Below, one piece after another: positions 22,770-33,436 of a DNA stretch of 64,000 nucleotides. Each line of letters begins with the position of its first letter. Positions within the stretch are counted from its first letter, which is position 1. Made by a program: the position numbers and the translations under genes. The DNA comes from Rhodanobacter sp. (GTDB taxonomy: Bacteria; Pseudomonadota; Gammaproteobacteria; Xanthomonadales; Rhodanobacteraceae), in NCBI GenBank assembly GCA_030148505.1, contig JASBTI010000038.1, forward strand, positions 10,704 through 74,703, read 5' to 3'. The notes under the pieces were generated by a model that was not told the DNA's origin, searched no databases, and was given only the letters and a program-made list of their open reading frames with translations.

Positions 22770-23695
22770 GTGGCCAGCAGCTCGAGTAGCACAAGATCGG
22801 CCCGCAGTGGCCCACGCAGCCGTTCGCGCGCCCGGTTTGCGGCGCCGTACCAGCCGTCCAGCGCGTCGACATCCAGCGTGCTGGCCAACGGTCCGGTGGC
22901 CAGCACTGCCCTGGCTTTCGACTCGTCAGCGACAGCCTGCGCAGCGAACCACAATCGCTGTGCTGGCGCACTGTCCAGCCAGCGCTTGGCCACCTCCTGC
23001 GGCTGCCCCCTACCCGCCGCCAGGCCGGCAAGATCCCGCCGTACCTCTTCTCGAATGTCGAGCACGCCCTCGTGCGCCCATTGGCGCGCAAGACCCGGGT
23101 TGCCACTGGCGGCGGCCAGCGCTGCGGAAGGGTCGTCGATACCCTGCTCCCTCAACCATGCCAGCGCGAGATCGGTATCCGGCAAGTGAAACTCGATACG
23201 CTGGCAACGACTGCGGATGGTCTGTGGCAACCGCCACGGCATATCGGCCAGCAGAATCAGCATGGTCTGCGTCGCAGGCTCTTCCAGGGTTTTCAGCAGT
23301 GCATTTGCCGCCGCCGCATTCATCGCGTCGGCGGGATCGATGATCGCCACCTGCCAACCGCCAAACTGGCTGCTCATTGCCAGGCGGGCCGACAGCTCAC
23401 GAATCTGATCGACCACGACCTCGCTGCGTTGCACACCATCCTTGCGCAGGCCATAGCTCACGACAGAGCGATCCGGATGGCTGCCGGCGAGTAACAGCTG
23501 GCAACTACGACAGTGACCACAGGCGTTGCCGTCGACAGGCTGATCGCACAGCAATCCGCGCACGAATCGCTGCACGAACTCGCGTTTGCCCAAGCCGTGC
23601 GGCCCACACAACAGCAGTGCGTGCGGCAGAGCATCACGTTCCCGACGGGCTTGCAACCGGGCCCAGTGCGCAGCATGCCAGGGCAAGCCGTTCAT
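22760..23695 (-). CDS. holB: DNA polymerase III subunit delta'
   Basis: Trimmed to MNGLPWHAAHWARLQARRERDALPHALLLCGPHGLGK (ATG at 23695, ATGA overlap with the tmk stop). A zinc-module-like CGHCRSC is present. 311 aa. Confidence 0.9.
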   Translation of the reverse strand: MNGLPWHAAHWARLQARRERDALPHALLLCGPHGLGKREFVQRFVRGLLCDQPVDGNACGHCRSCQLLLAGSHPDRSVVSYGLRKDGVQRSEVVVDQIRELSARLAMSSQFGGWQVAIIDPADAMNAAAANALLKTLEEPATQTMLILLADMPWRLPQTIRSRCQRIEFHLPDTDLALAWLREQGIDDPSAALAAASGNPGLARQWAHEGVLDIREEVRRDLAGLAAGRGQPQEVAKRWLDSAPAQRLWFAAQAVADESKARAVLATGPLASTLDVDALDGWYGAANRARERLRGPLRADLVLLELLATWH

Positions 23696-24333
23696 GCCGC
23701 GCCGTCCTGCGCCAACGCCGCGACAGCTTCGACGGCGAGCTGCAACACCACAGCGGGCGATTGACTGGCGTCGATGACCCGGTATCGCCAAGGCTCGGCC
23801 GCCGCACGTTCACGATAGACCTGTCGCACGCGCTCGAAAAAACTGTCTGCCTCCACTTCGATGCGGTCCGCTTCACCGCGCCCGGCCGCGCGGGCACGGC
23901 CGGTGGCCACCGGCAGGTCGAGAAGCAGGGTGAGATCCGGCTTGATTCCGGCGCAGGCCCACTCTTCCAGTTCGGCAATGCGCCGGGCTGGCTGACCGCG
24001 ACCACCACCCTGGTAGGCATAACTGGCATCGACAAAGCGATCACACAATACCCACTTCCCCTTGCACAGCGCCGGCTTGACGACCTCGCTGACCAGTTGC
24101 GCGCGCGAGGCAAACATCAGCAACAGCTCCGCCTCGGCAGTCAGCCCTTGCTGCGCGGGATTGAGCACGATGTCACGCACGGCCTCACCCAGCACGGTGC
24201 CACCGGGTTCGCGTGCCAGGACCAAGGAAATACCACGTTGTTCGATGTAGTCGCGCAGACCCGCAAGCAGGGTACTTTTACCGGCGCCCTCGCCACCTTC
24301 AAGGCTGATGAACCTTCCCCGCGACCGAATCAT
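23692..24333 (-). CDS. tmk: thymidylate kinase
   Basis: P-loop FISLEGGEGAGKST. The tracked start at 24339 is a TTG; the ATG at 24333 forms an ATGA overlap with the mltG stop. Confidence 0.93.
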   Translation of the reverse strand: MIRSRGRFISLEGGEGAGKSTLLAGLRDYIEQRGISLVLAREPGGTVLGEAVRDIVLNPAQQGLTAEAELLLMFASRAQLVSEVVKPALCKGKWVLCDRFVDASYAYQGGGRGQPARRIAELEEWACAGIKPDLTLLLDLPVATGRARAAGRGEADRIEVEADSFFERVRQVYRERAAAEPWRYRVIDASQSPAVVLQLAVEAVAALAQDGAA

Positions 24334-25367
24334 CCGCAATGCTTCCGCTGGTAGCAGTTGACGTTGCGATTTTGCTCTTCGAGGGTGTCGGCGAATATGT
24401 GACGACCGTTGCCCATGGACACAAAATAGAGGGCCTTGCCCGCTGCCGGATGCAACGCAGCCTCCAGCGCCGGCTTGCCCGGCAGTGCGATCGGCGTCGG
24501 TGGCAAGCCCGGGCGGGTATAGGTGTTGTACGGCGTATCAGTGGTGAGGTCGCTCTTGCGGATATTGCCCTTGTAGCGCGCACCCATGCCGTAGATCACG
24601 CTGGGATCGGTCTGTAGCAGCATGTGGTCCCGCAGGCGGCGGACGAACACCCCGGCGATGCGCGCCCGTTCGTCGGCGCGTCCGGTTTCCTTTTCCACGA
24701 TCGACGCCAGGATAAGTGCATCGTAAGGCGTCGCCAGCGGCAGATCCTTGTCGCGGCCGGGCCACAAGGCATCAAGCGTCTTCACCATCGCCTGATGGGC
24801 GCGTCTGAGGATATCCAGGTCGCTGTCGCCTTTCACGTAGGCGTAGGTTTCGGGAAGAAACCACCCTTCGGGCTTTTCGCCGGGCGCACCGACCTTTTGC
24901 ATGATTGTCGCCGCATCGAGTCCGGCGCTGTCATGCTTCAGCTTGGCGGTCTTCGCCAAGGCAAGGCGCAACTCGGCAAAGGTCCAGCCGTCGACGATGG
25001 TGAAATCGTGCTGCAACACCTTTCCACTCGCCATGTTGGCCAACAGCTCGCGTGGGGTGATGCCAGGCTTGAGGGCGTATTCGCCCGCATGCAGTTTGCC
25101 CGCCACCCGCATCCGCTCGGCCAGCAACCGCCAGTACCAGGGGCTGGCCTTGCTGACGCCACGCTGGCGCAGATCGTCGATGATGCTCTTGAAACTGGTG
25201 CCGCGCGCAATCTCGAGCGTCTGCGCCGCTGGCGTGACATGCAGCGGCGAGCGGCTAAACCGATTCAAGTCGTACCATCCATACAGGCCGGCAGCCACCG
25301 CGGCCAGCGCTACCGTCAGCGCCAACAACCAGGCCAGGGCCCGCCCGCGTATCGACCTCTGATTCAT
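24330..25367 (-). CDS. mltG: endolytic peptidoglycan transglycosylase MltG (YceG family)
   Basis: YceG-like ORF with an N-terminal TM segment. The preferred start MNQRSIRGRALAWLL (ATG at 25367) forms an ATGA overlap with the pabC stop. Confidence 0.88.
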   Translation of the reverse strand: MNQRSIRGRALAWLLALTVALAAVAAGLYGWYDLNRFSRSPLHVTPAAQTLEIARGTSFKSIIDDLRQRGVSKASPWYWRLLAERMRVAGKLHAGEYALKPGITPRELLANMASGKVLQHDFTIVDGWTFAELRLALAKTAKLKHDSAGLDAATIMQKVGAPGEKPEGWFLPETYAYVKGDSDLDILRRAHQAMVKTLDALWPGRDKDLPLATPYDALILASIVEKETGRADERARIAGVFVRRLRDHMLLQTDPSVIYGMGARYKGNIRKSDLTTDTPYNTYTRPGLPPTPIALPGKPALEAALHPAAGKALYFVSMGNGRHIFADTLEEQNRNVNCYQRKHCG

Positions 25368-26188
25368 CCAGCCTGCTCCATCCAAAATCCCAGATTGCGC
25401 CAATGCCGCTGCAGCGTACGAGTCAACGATCCGACCTGAAAAGTTCGTTCGCCCAGGGAACGTACCGGCAGAATGCCACGTACGCTCGAGCTGAGGAAAA
25501 CCTCACTGGCGCACAGCAACGCTTCCAGCGTTATCTCGCCGACCCTTGCCTGCGGGCAGGTTGCCAGTACTTCGGCACGTGCAACGCCCGCCACACCGCA
25601 GCGATCCACCGCAGGGGTCAGCAGCTGGCCATCGATTCGTGCAAAAAGGTTGGCCATGGTCGCCGAAATGACCCGCCCTTGGCCGTCCCGCAAAATTCCT
25701 TCGGCGATCGCCGGATCGCTCCACTCCGCACGTGCCAGCACTTGCTCCAGGCGGTTGAGATGCTTGATCCCAGCCAATCGCGGCTGCTCGGCCAAGCGCA
25801 GCTCACACATGCGCAGGGCAAGCCCCTGATCGAGGCTTTCGCTTACCACTACGGGGGGCGCAAAAGCGGCCAGTACGCGAGTGGGTCGCGGCCGCGGGAG
25901 CGACGCATAACCGCGCTCGCCCACCCCTCGGGTCACGGTAATGCGAACCACGGAGTGGGCCAGGTGCCGACTGACCTCGATCGCCTCCGCCCAAAGCTGC
26001 GATACGTCTGGCAACGGTATCCGCAAGCGTCGACATCCCTCTGCAAGTCGTTGCATATGACGTGACCACAACGGCGCCTCTTCGCCGATGAAACGGACAC
26101 TTTCGAACAACCCGTCACCATAGGCAAATCCGCGATCGAGTACGGAGATCTGCTCGGCCGGAACGCCATTGACAAGCATCCTGTCCAT
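25364..26188 (-). CDS. pabC: aminodeoxychorismate lyase
   Basis: Trimmed to MDRMLVNGVPAEQISVLDRGFAYGDGLFESVRF (class IV aminotransferase fold). It lies between pabB and mltG. 274 aa. Confidence 0.85.
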   Translation of the reverse strand: MDRMLVNGVPAEQISVLDRGFAYGDGLFESVRFIGEEAPLWSRHMQRLAEGCRRLRIPLPDVSQLWAEAIEVSRHLAHSVVRITVTRGVGERGYASLPRPRPTRVLAAFAPPVVVSESLDQGLALRMCELRLAEQPRLAGIKHLNRLEQVLARAEWSDPAIAEGILRDGQGRVISATMANLFARIDGQLLTPAVDRCGVAGVARAEVLATCPQARVGEITLEALLCASEVFLSSSVRGILPVRSLGERTFQVGSLTRTLQRHWRNLGFWMEQAG

Positions 26189-26190
26189 GA

Positions 26191-27540
26191 CTACCCGGAA
26201 ACTCCCAGCGCGCGCAGCAAACCTCGCGCCTTGGCACGGGTCTCCTGCAACTCCTGCTCGGCCACCGAGTCGGCAACGATTCCGGCCCCTGCACGGAGAG
26301 TGACTTGGTCGTCGGCAAGCGTCAGTGTGCGAATGAGAATGTTCAGATCCATATCGCCATTGCGGTCGAGGTAACCCAATGCACCGGTATACGCGCCGCG
26401 CGGGGCATCTTCCAGAGACGCAATGATTTCCATGCATCGTACCTTGGGGCAACCGGTGATGGTGCCACCGGGAAATGTTGCGGCAATCACCTGCCCTGGC
26501 GTCACGTCGTGGCGCAGTCGTCCGCGCACATTGGACACGATATGGTGTACGTGGACGTAACTCTCCACGGCCATCAACTCATCGACTTCAACCGTTCCCG
26601 GCACACAGATTCGGCCCAGGTCGTTGCGCTCCAGATCGATCAGCATCACATGCTCGGCGCGCTCCTTCGGATTGGCGTGCAATTCGCGGATGCGCGCTTG
26701 CTCGTCATCACCAGGAAGCCGGGGTCGGGTGCCCGCAATGGGCCGAGTCTGCGCCATCCCTGCGCGCACCTCCACCAGCCGCTCCGGTGATGAACTGGCC
26801 AACGCCCAACCGGGCTGCTGCAACAACCCCGCAAAAGGTGCCGGATTGGCCTGTCGAAGGGCAGCGTAGAGTGCCGCAGGTGCAGGGGGCACTTGGTAAC
26901 GTGCATGCCACGCACGCGACAGGTTCACCTGAAAGATGTCACCCGCGCGCAGGTGTTCGTGGATGCGTTCAACGCCTGCAAGAAAACCTTGCGGAGGGTC
27001 CTCCTCACACATCCGAAGTGCGGGCAATGCAGGTATCGGTGTGGCCACCGCGAGATCGCTTTCCAGGGTGTCGAGCAGGTGCTCCAGGCCGTTCTCGGCC
27101 ATCAGGATCGTGCGCTCAAGCTGATGGTCGACGATGATCGCAGCCGGGCAGCGCACCGCCAGCGCCAGCGGAAGCTCCGCCGGCGGCGGCAACTGCAGCC
27201 TCGGCTCGATCTCGCCGACCAGTTCGTAGGCCAGTTGCAATATCCAGCCACCGTGAAAAGGTAGCTCGTCCTCATTCTTCCGCGGCAAGTGTTCGGCATG
27301 CCATGCGGCATCCAGCGCGTCGAGAAAACGACCCTTCAGTGGTTTCCCGGCAGCATCTCTCAGCGTGCCATCAGCGTGCAGCGCCAGCCGATCCCGGGGG
27401 AACGCAAACAAAATGTCATAGCGCGACTGCGCCACGCCACGCACCACGCTCTCGAGCAGGCAGGGATAACGTTGCGGGAAAGCCGCGGCCGGCACGAGCA
27501 GATCGCGCCGACCGGAAAGCTCGCGACGGTGGCAGGTCAC
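26191..27540 (-). CDS. pabB: aminodeoxychorismate synthase component I
   Basis: 449-aa chorismate-binding enzyme with the C-terminal signature GTITGCPKVRCMEII...RGAYTGALGY. It is adjacent to pabC. Confidence 0.88.
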   Translation of the reverse strand: MTCHRRELSGRRDLLVPAAAFPQRYPCLLESVVRGVAQSRYDILFAFPRDRLALHADGTLRDAAGKPLKGRFLDALDAAWHAEHLPRKNEDELPFHGGWILQLAYELVGEIEPRLQLPPPAELPLALAVRCPAAIIVDHQLERTILMAENGLEHLLDTLESDLAVATPIPALPALRMCEEDPPQGFLAGVERIHEHLRAGDIFQVNLSRAWHARYQVPPAPAALYAALRQANPAPFAGLLQQPGWALASSSPERLVEVRAGMAQTRPIAGTRPRLPGDDEQARIRELHANPKERAEHVMLIDLERNDLGRICVPGTVEVDELMAVESYVHVHHIVSNVRGRLRHDVTPGQVIAATFPGGTITGCPKVRCMEIIASLEDAPRGAYTGALGYLDRNGDMDLNILIRTLTLADDQVTLRAGAGIVADSVAEQELQETRAKARGLLRALGVSG

Positions 27541-27542
27541 GC

Positions 27543-28781
27543 TCAGAGGCGTCGAAACGCCAATGTGCCGTTGGTGCCCCCAAATCCGAACGAATTGGAA
27601 ATAGCCACATCAAGCTTGGCTTCACGCGCCACATTCGGGACGAAATCGAGATCGCAGCCCTCGCCGGGCTCATCCAGATTGGTCGTGGGCGGCAGCACCT
27701 GGTCACGCAGAGCCAGGATCGTGAAGATTGCCTCGACACCGCCGGCAGCGCCGAGCAGATGACCGGTGGTCGACTTCGTCGAGCTCATCGCCAAGCTGCG
27801 AGCATGCTCGCCAAAAATCGCCTTGGCCGCCATCACCTCGCCCAGATCACCCAGTGGCGTCGAGGTACCGTGTGCATTGATGTACTGCACCTCAGTCGGA
27901 TTTATCGCCGCGTCATTCAGGGCATTCTGCATGCAACGCGCGGCACCTTCACCGCCTTCGCTGGGCGCCGTCATGTGAAATGCGTCACCACTCATGCCGA
28001 AACCGACCAACTCGGCGTAAATGCGGGCACCGCGCGCCTTGGCGTGCTCGTACTCTTCAAGCATCAGCACGCCGGCACCATCGGACAACACAAAGCCGTC
28101 GCGGTCCTTGTCCCACGGACGGCTCGCCTTGGTCGGCTCGTCGTTGCGGGTGGACATCGCCTTGGCTGAGCAGAAACCCGCCATCGCGGTGCCGGTGGTG
28201 GCAAATTCGGTGCCGCCTGCGATCATCGCATCGGCATCCCCATACTGGATCATCCTGGCGGCGAGTCCGATGTTGTGGGTCGCTGTAGTGCAGGCTGTAA
28301 CGCACGCAATATTGGGTCCCTTCAAGCCGAACATGATCGACAGCTGGCCCGATACCATGTTGATGATCGAACTGGGCACATAGAATGGCGATACCCGGCG
28401 TGGCCCCTTTGCCGCAAGATCGAGGGTGGTCGCCTCGATGGTATACAGGCCGCCGATACCGGCACCCACCGCCACACCGATGCGCGGTGCGTTGGCTTCG
28501 GTTACTTCGAGCCCGGAATCTCGCAGCGCCTGGGTTCCCGCCGCTACGCCGTAGTGGATGAAGGGATCCATCTTCTTGACGTCCTTGACTGGCATCCACT
28601 GTGCCGGATCAAAGCCGCTTACCTGACCGGCAATCCGTGTAGCGTACGCAGTCGTATCGAAATGGGTTACCGGGCCAATACCGCTGATTCCCTTGAGCAC
28701 CCGATCCCACGCGCTGTCGATGTCGTTGCCGACCGGCGAAATAATGCCCATGCCAGTCACTACCACACGTCGTTTGCTCAT
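27543..28781 (-). CDS. fabF: beta-ketoacyl-ACP synthase II
   Basis: 412 aa ([19 protein letters not shown]...) with the active-site context ACTTATH and the HGTSTPLGD motif. It lies downstream of acpP. Confidence 0.96.
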   Translation of the reverse strand: MSKRRVVVTGMGIISPVGNDIDSAWDRVLKGISGIGPVTHFDTTAYATRIAGQVSGFDPAQWMPVKDVKKMDPFIHYGVAAGTQALRDSGLEVTEANAPRIGVAVGAGIGGLYTIEATTLDLAAKGPRRVSPFYVPSSIINMVSGQLSIMFGLKGPNIACVTACTTATHNIGLAARMIQYGDADAMIAGGTEFATTGTAMAGFCSAKAMSTRNDEPTKASRPWDKDRDGFVLSDGAGVLMLEEYEHAKARGARIYAELVGFGMSGDAFHMTAPSEGGEGAARCMQNALNDAAINPTEVQYINAHGTSTPLGDLGEVMAAKAIFGEHARSLAMSSTKSTTGHLLGAAGGVEAIFTILALRDQVLPPTTNLDEPGEGCDLDFVPNVAREAKLDVAISNSFGFGGTNGTLAFRRL

Positions 28782-28920
28782 GCTGATCTTCCTTCGTGAT
28801 TCCGTGAACTGCCGTCACCGGCAGGCGTCCCACGGCACGAGCCGCGAACACATCATCCGCTCTGCCGAGGCATGCGCCGCGCGCACCATACGGGATCGGA
28901 CGTTACAAATTGCAGAAACG

Positions 28921-28943
28921 AAAACTGCGCCATCTCGGCGCAG
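28921..28943 (-). terminator. candidate Rho-independent terminator/attenuator between acpP and fabF
   Basis: On the minus strand: CTGCGCC-GAGAT-GGCGCAG (7-bp stem) followed by TTTTCGTTTC. Confidence 0.55.
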
Positions 28944-29033
28944 CATTCGATATAACCATGTACATGAATCGGCGAGGTGAATCGCGCCGATTCACCACGA
29001 ACCGGTGACACGAACCGGCCAGCTCCGCACCGA

Positions 29034-29273
29034 TCAATCCTTGGAATGGGCCTTGATGTAGTCGACAGCCTGCTGCACGGTAGTGATCTTTTCGGCATCT
29101 TCGTCGGGAATCTCGGTCTCGAATTCTTCCTCGAGTGCCATGACCAGCTCTACCGTATCCAGCGAATCAGCGCCCAGATCGTCCACGAACGAAGCGTTCG
29201 CCGTGACCTCATCCTCTTTCACGCCCAACTGCTCGATGACGATTTTCTTGACGCGCTCTTCGATGGTGCTCAT
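29034..29273 (-). CDS. acpP: acyl carrier protein
   Basis: 79 aa starting [23 protein letters not shown], with the [12 protein letters not shown] phosphopantetheine attachment site. The tracked ORF is over-extended at the 5' end. Confidence 0.97.
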   Translation of the reverse strand: MSTIEERVKKIVIEQLGVKEDEVTANASFVDDLGADSLDTVELVMALEEEFETEIPDEDAEKITTVQQAVDYIKAHSKD

Positions 29274-29475
29274 GTTGCCCATACCTCTCAAGGAGTAGTT
29301 GTTTATTTGTGCCGGCACCGTGCCAGCATCAAAGACCGGCGGCATTGTAGTGGTTAAGCCGAACAACCGCCACGTTCACCAGTCCGAAACCGCACGCAGG
29401 CCTCTTTGGAGCCGGCGCGTAAAGCGGCATTGTCGCCTAAAACGCGGCCGCTGGCGACAATTCCGCTCACAAGCC

Positions 29476-30219
29476 CTACGGCATGTACATTCCACCGTTG
29501 ACGTGAAGTGTCTCGCCGGTGATGTACGCCGCCGCCGGTGAGGCGAGAAAACCCACCGCCTTGGCGATATCCGCCACCTCACCGAGTCGACCCAAGGCAA
29601 TCTGGCCCAGCAGTGCCTGCCTTGAGTCCTCCGGCAGCGCGCGTGTCATGTCGGTATCGATGAAACCCGGCGCCACCACGTTGACAGTGATCCCGCGCGC
29701 CCCGATCTCCCGCGCCAGCGACTTGGAAAAGGCGATAACCCCCGCCTTGGCGGCAGCGTAATTGGCCTGTCCGGGATTTCCGGTGAGTCCCACCACGGAC
29801 GCGATCGATATGATGCGGCCCTTGCGGGCTTTCATCATGCCGCGCATGACTGCCTTGGAGGTGCGATAGACCGAGCTCAGATTGGTATCGAGAATGACAT
29901 TCCAGTCTTCCTCACGCATCCGCATCAACAATTGGTCGCGCGTAATTCCGGCATTGTTGACCAGGATGGAAATCGCCCCGAATTCCTTGCCGATGGCCTC
30001 GATCAAGCCATCGACGGCAGCGGTGTCGGTGACATTCAACACGCGGCCATGGCCACCATGCGCGGCCAGCCGATCGGCAATCGCCGTCGCGCCTGACTCG
30101 CTGGTCGCGGTACCGACCACAGTGGCACCCATGGCCGCCAGTTCATCGGCAATGGCTGCCCCGATGCCGCGGCTGGCGCCGGTAACCAGGGCGATCTCAC
30201 CTTGCAATACGTTGCTCAT
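29476..30219 (-). CDS. fabG: 3-oxoacyl-ACP reductase
   Basis: 247-aa SDR with TGASRGIG and YAAAKAG motifs, inside the fab cluster. Confidence 0.95.
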   Translation of the reverse strand: MSNVLQGEIALVTGASRGIGAAIADELAAMGATVVGTATSESGATAIADRLAAHGGHGRVLNVTDTAAVDGLIEAIGKEFGAISILVNNAGITRDQLLMRMREEDWNVILDTNLSSVYRTSKAVMRGMMKARKGRIISIASVVGLTGNPGQANYAAAKAGVIAFSKSLAREIGARGITVNVVAPGFIDTDMTRALPEDSRQALLGQIALGRLGEVADIAKAVGFLASPAAAYITGETLHVNGGMYMP

Positions 30220-30265
30220 CTGGATAGATCCTGCATTTCAATGAAGAAGAGGGGTGCTGCGCGAC

Positions 30266-31213
30266 TCACGTCCATTCACTGCTCGCCGCAACGATCTCGC
30301 CGGGGGTTCCGGCCGGACGCGCCTCAACGCCCTTGTCGATACGTCTGATCAACCCCGTCAGCACTTTGCCGGGTCCACACTCCACCATGCGAGTGGCCCC
30401 ACCGGTCACCAGCGCTTTTACACAGTCACTCCAGCGCACCGGAAGATAGAGCTGGCGTTGCAGCGCGCCGCGGATGTCATCCAGCCCCTGGTGTTGGCAT
30501 GCGTCGGCATTCTGCACCACGGGGATCGAGGGCAGTTGCCACGAAATCGAAGCCATCCGCTCACCCAGTCGGTCTGCCGCATCGCGCATCAATGCGCAAT
30601 GGGATGGCACCGACACCGCCAACCTTACGGTTTTTTTCACCCCAAGCTCGGCCAGTCTTGCCAGCGCACGATCCACTGCTTCGGCATGACCGGCAATCAC
30701 CAACTGTCCCGGCGAGTTGAAGTTGGCCGGCGCCACCACTTGATCTTGCGCTACCTCGTCACAAACGGCGGCGATCTGCGCGTCGTCACCCCCGAGGACC
30801 GCCGCCATCGCTCCGACGCCGGCTGGCACCGCGGCCTGCATCAATCTGCCCCGTTCCGCTACCAGCGCCGAGGCATCGTGCAGCGACAAGGCCTGCGCGC
30901 AGACCAGCGCGCTATATTCGCCGAGGCTGTGACCCGCCAACCGCGACGGCCGCGCGCCGCCCAGTTTGTGCCACACGCGCCAGACGGCGACGCTGGCCGC
31001 CAGTAACGCCGGCTGGGTGTTCTCGGTACGATTCAGATCCGCTTCCGGTCCCTCCGCGGCCAGTCGCCACAAGTCGACGCCGGCGCCCTCGGAGGCCTCG
31101 GCAAACGTGGCATGCACTTCCGCGTGCGCAGCGGCCAGATCTTTCAGCATACCGATCGACTGCGAGCCCTGACCCGGAAATACGAAAGCAAGCGAAGTGG
31201 ATGGTGAACTCAT
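30266..31213 (-). CDS. fabD: malonyl CoA-ACP transacylase
   Basis: Trimmed to MSSPSTSLAFVFPGQGSQSIGML. The GHSLGEYSAL active site is present. 315 aa. Confidence 0.94.
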   Translation of the reverse strand: MSSPSTSLAFVFPGQGSQSIGMLKDLAAAHAEVHATFAEASEGAGVDLWRLAAEGPEADLNRTENTQPALLAASVAVWRVWHKLGGARPSRLAGHSLGEYSALVCAQALSLHDASALVAERGRLMQAAVPAGVGAMAAVLGGDDAQIAAVCDEVAQDQVVAPANFNSPGQLVIAGHAEAVDRALARLAELGVKKTVRLAVSVPSHCALMRDAADRLGERMASISWQLPSIPVVQNADACQHQGLDDIRGALQRQLYLPVRWSDCVKALVTGGATRMVECGPGKVLTGLIRRIDKGVEARPAGTPGEIVAASSEWT

Positions 31214-31355
31214 GGATACACGGACCCCGTGGACGAAAACCGCCATGGTGCCAGCATCGACCACCATACGCAGCTGTATTCGGAATGATCCCCGTCGTAA
31301 ACGATGATGCCGCCAGGTCTGGCGGCATCATTGGCAATCACCCGGCCGCGGATGT

Positions 31356-32330
31356 TCAGTAGCGCAACATCGCCGATGCCCAGGTAAAGCCACCGCCAAA
31401 GGCTTCCAGCAAGAGGTTCTGTCCGCGCTGTACCCTGCCCGAACGTACAGCGTAGTCCAGCGCCAGCGGCACCGAACCGGACGACGTATTGGCATGCTTG
31501 TCGACGGTAACGACGACCCTCTCCATCGGCATACTCAGTCGCTTGGCGGTGGCTTCGATGATGCGCAGATTCGCCTGGTGCGGAATCAGCCAGTCGATCT
31601 GAGAAGCCTCCATGCCAGCTGCCTGCAAGGTTTCCTCGACCAACGAATCGAGCGTCTTTACCGCCACCTTGAACACTTCGCGCCCGGACATGCGGATGCG
31701 CACCCCGTGGTTGGGCTCGTCCCTGAAACCCACCGACACACCCACCGGGTTGTACAGCAAGTCCTTATGACCCCCATCGGCATGCAGGCAGGTAGCATAG
31801 ACGCCCGGCTCCGCGGACGCTTCCAGCACCACCGCCCCGGCGCCATCGCCGAACAGCACGCAGGTTTCGCGTTCGGTCCAGTCAACCATCCGGGTCAGGG
31901 TTTCCGCCCCAATCACCAACACCTTCTTCGACTGCCCGCTGCGAATGAACTTGTCGGCGATCCCCAAGGCGTAGACAAAACCGGAGCAGGCCGCGTTGAC
32001 ATCGAAAGCCGCACACCCGTTGGCGCCCAGGCGGTGCTGGACCAGGCAGGCAGTAGAAGGAAAGATGATATCGGGCGTGGTCGTGCCCAGGATGATCAGA
32101 TCGAGCTCTGAGGCCTTGACGCCGGCTGTTGCCAGGGCTTTTTCAGCGGCCTGGAAAGCCAGGTCGCCGGTGGTTTCGCCTTCCGCCACAATATGGCGTT
32201 GGCGAATGCCTGTCCGGCTGTGGATCCACTCATCGCTGGTATCGACGATCTTTTCGAGGTCGGCGTTGGTGACTACACGTTCAGGCAGCGCACTGCCGGT
32301 GGCGATGATGCGGGAGTAAATCTGGGCCAT
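31356..32330 (-). CDS. fabH: beta-ketoacyl-ACP synthase III
   Basis: FabH family (MAQIYSRIIATGSALPERVVTN..., AACSGFVYAL, HQANLRI). The start is uncertain by a few codons; alternatives lie at 32342 and 32360. Confidence 0.9.
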   Translation of the reverse strand: MAQIYSRIIATGSALPERVVTNADLEKIVDTSDEWIHSRTGIRQRHIVAEGETTGDLAFQAAEKALATAGVKASELDLIILGTTTPDIIFPSTACLVQHRLGANGCAAFDVNAACSGFVYALGIADKFIRSGQSKKVLVIGAETLTRMVDWTERETCVLFGDGAGAVVLEASAEPGVYATCLHADGGHKDLLYNPVGVSVGFRDEPNHGVRIRMSGREVFKVAVKTLDSLVEETLQAAGMEASQIDWLIPHQANLRIIEATAKRLSMPMERVVVTVDKHANTSSGSVPLALDYAVRSGRVQRGQNLLLEAFGGGFTWASAMLRY

Positions 32331-32488
32331 TCGGCTATCCATCAACGGAAAACAGGACAACGAACGCCTTTACGGCGTCGTGCATGAAGCTGCAACGTTA
32401 CGTTCCGGCGCATCAAAACGCAAAACGGCGCGTCACCGCGCCGTCAAGCCGAGCATGCCCTGAGCATGACGTAATCCCGCGACACCGA

Positions 32489-32683
32489 TCAATCGTCGAT
32501 GGACACGGCACCCTTGGTCTCAATGACTTTCTTGCCGCGATAGTAGCCATCCTTGGTTACGTGATGGCGCAGATGCACCTCGCCACTGGTCGGATCGGTG
32601 GACAACTGCACGGTCTTCAACGCATCGTGCGAACGACGCATGCCGCGGGTGGAAGGGGTACGGCGGCTCTTGGCAACTGCCAT
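32489..32683 (-). CDS. rpmF: 50S ribosomal protein L32
   Basis: 64 aa starting [22 protein letters not shown]. Confidence 0.95.
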   Translation of the reverse strand: MAVAKSRRTPSTRGMRRSHDALKTVQLSTDPTSGEVHLRHHVTKDGYYRGKKVIETKGAVSIDD

Positions 32684-32752
32684 GGCATTTCTCCAGCTGA
32701 AACGTGTTGATCTTGATCGACATGACCTGGATCGGGTGATCCCGGTCGGTGG

Positions 32753-33271
32753 TTATTTTTTCAGTTCCCGCAAAACCTCAAACGGGTTGCGGGAGCGCTC
32801 CGCTACGGCGAAATCAGCTCCCTCGTCACGACCCGTCAGCTGATCCGGCAAACGGCTTTCCGGATTTACCGGAACCAGTGGCAGCACCAACAATAGTTCA
32901 TCTTCAATCATCTCGACCGGCTTCAACCGGCCATCCTCGGCAATCAGCAATGGCTCGTAATCCGGCGGCAATGCCGCCTCGTCACGTTCCTGCCTGATCA
33001 GGCCGAGCCTGGTGTTTACCGCAACCGGCAGGAGAAACGGCTCCAGCGTGCGCTGACACGTCAATGACAACGAGGTCTCGGCGCGCACATCGACGTAGTC
33101 CGTTTCCAGGCTGTCGCGACCAAAATCGAGCCAGAACTTGATGATGCCGTCGCTATTCGCCAACTCCTCACACAACCGGGTCATCGCCGCGATGGGCAAT
33201 GTTCCTTCAAACGAACGCCGCGCCGAAACCATGCGCCAAGCGTCCAGGGACTCTGGCAGCGTCACGGACAT
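32753..33271 (-). CDS. yceD: YceD/DUF177 family ribosome-associated protein
   Basis: 172-aa acidic protein directly upstream of rpmF, the conserved yceD-rpmF pairing. Confidence 0.85.
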   Translation of the reverse strand: MSVTLPESLDAWRMVSARRSFEGTLPIAAMTRLCEELANSDGIIKFWLDFGRDSLETDYVDVRAETSLSLTCQRTLEPFLLPVAVNTRLGLIRQERDEAALPPDYEPLLIAEDGRLKPVEMIEDELLLVLPLVPVNPESRLPDQLTGRDEGADFAVAERSRNPFEVLRELKK

Positions 33272-33436
33272 AATCGACGAATATTAGATTTTAGGGATGA
33301 TGAAGTCAACCAATGCCGATGGTCCACGCCGAACGACCGACGCTTACCAGTGCCGACTTTGCCTGATCCGGCATGGATACGGCAGACTCGACATCATTAC
33401 CTCTTGAGCCAAATCGCCGTGAAAGCCTATCTGATA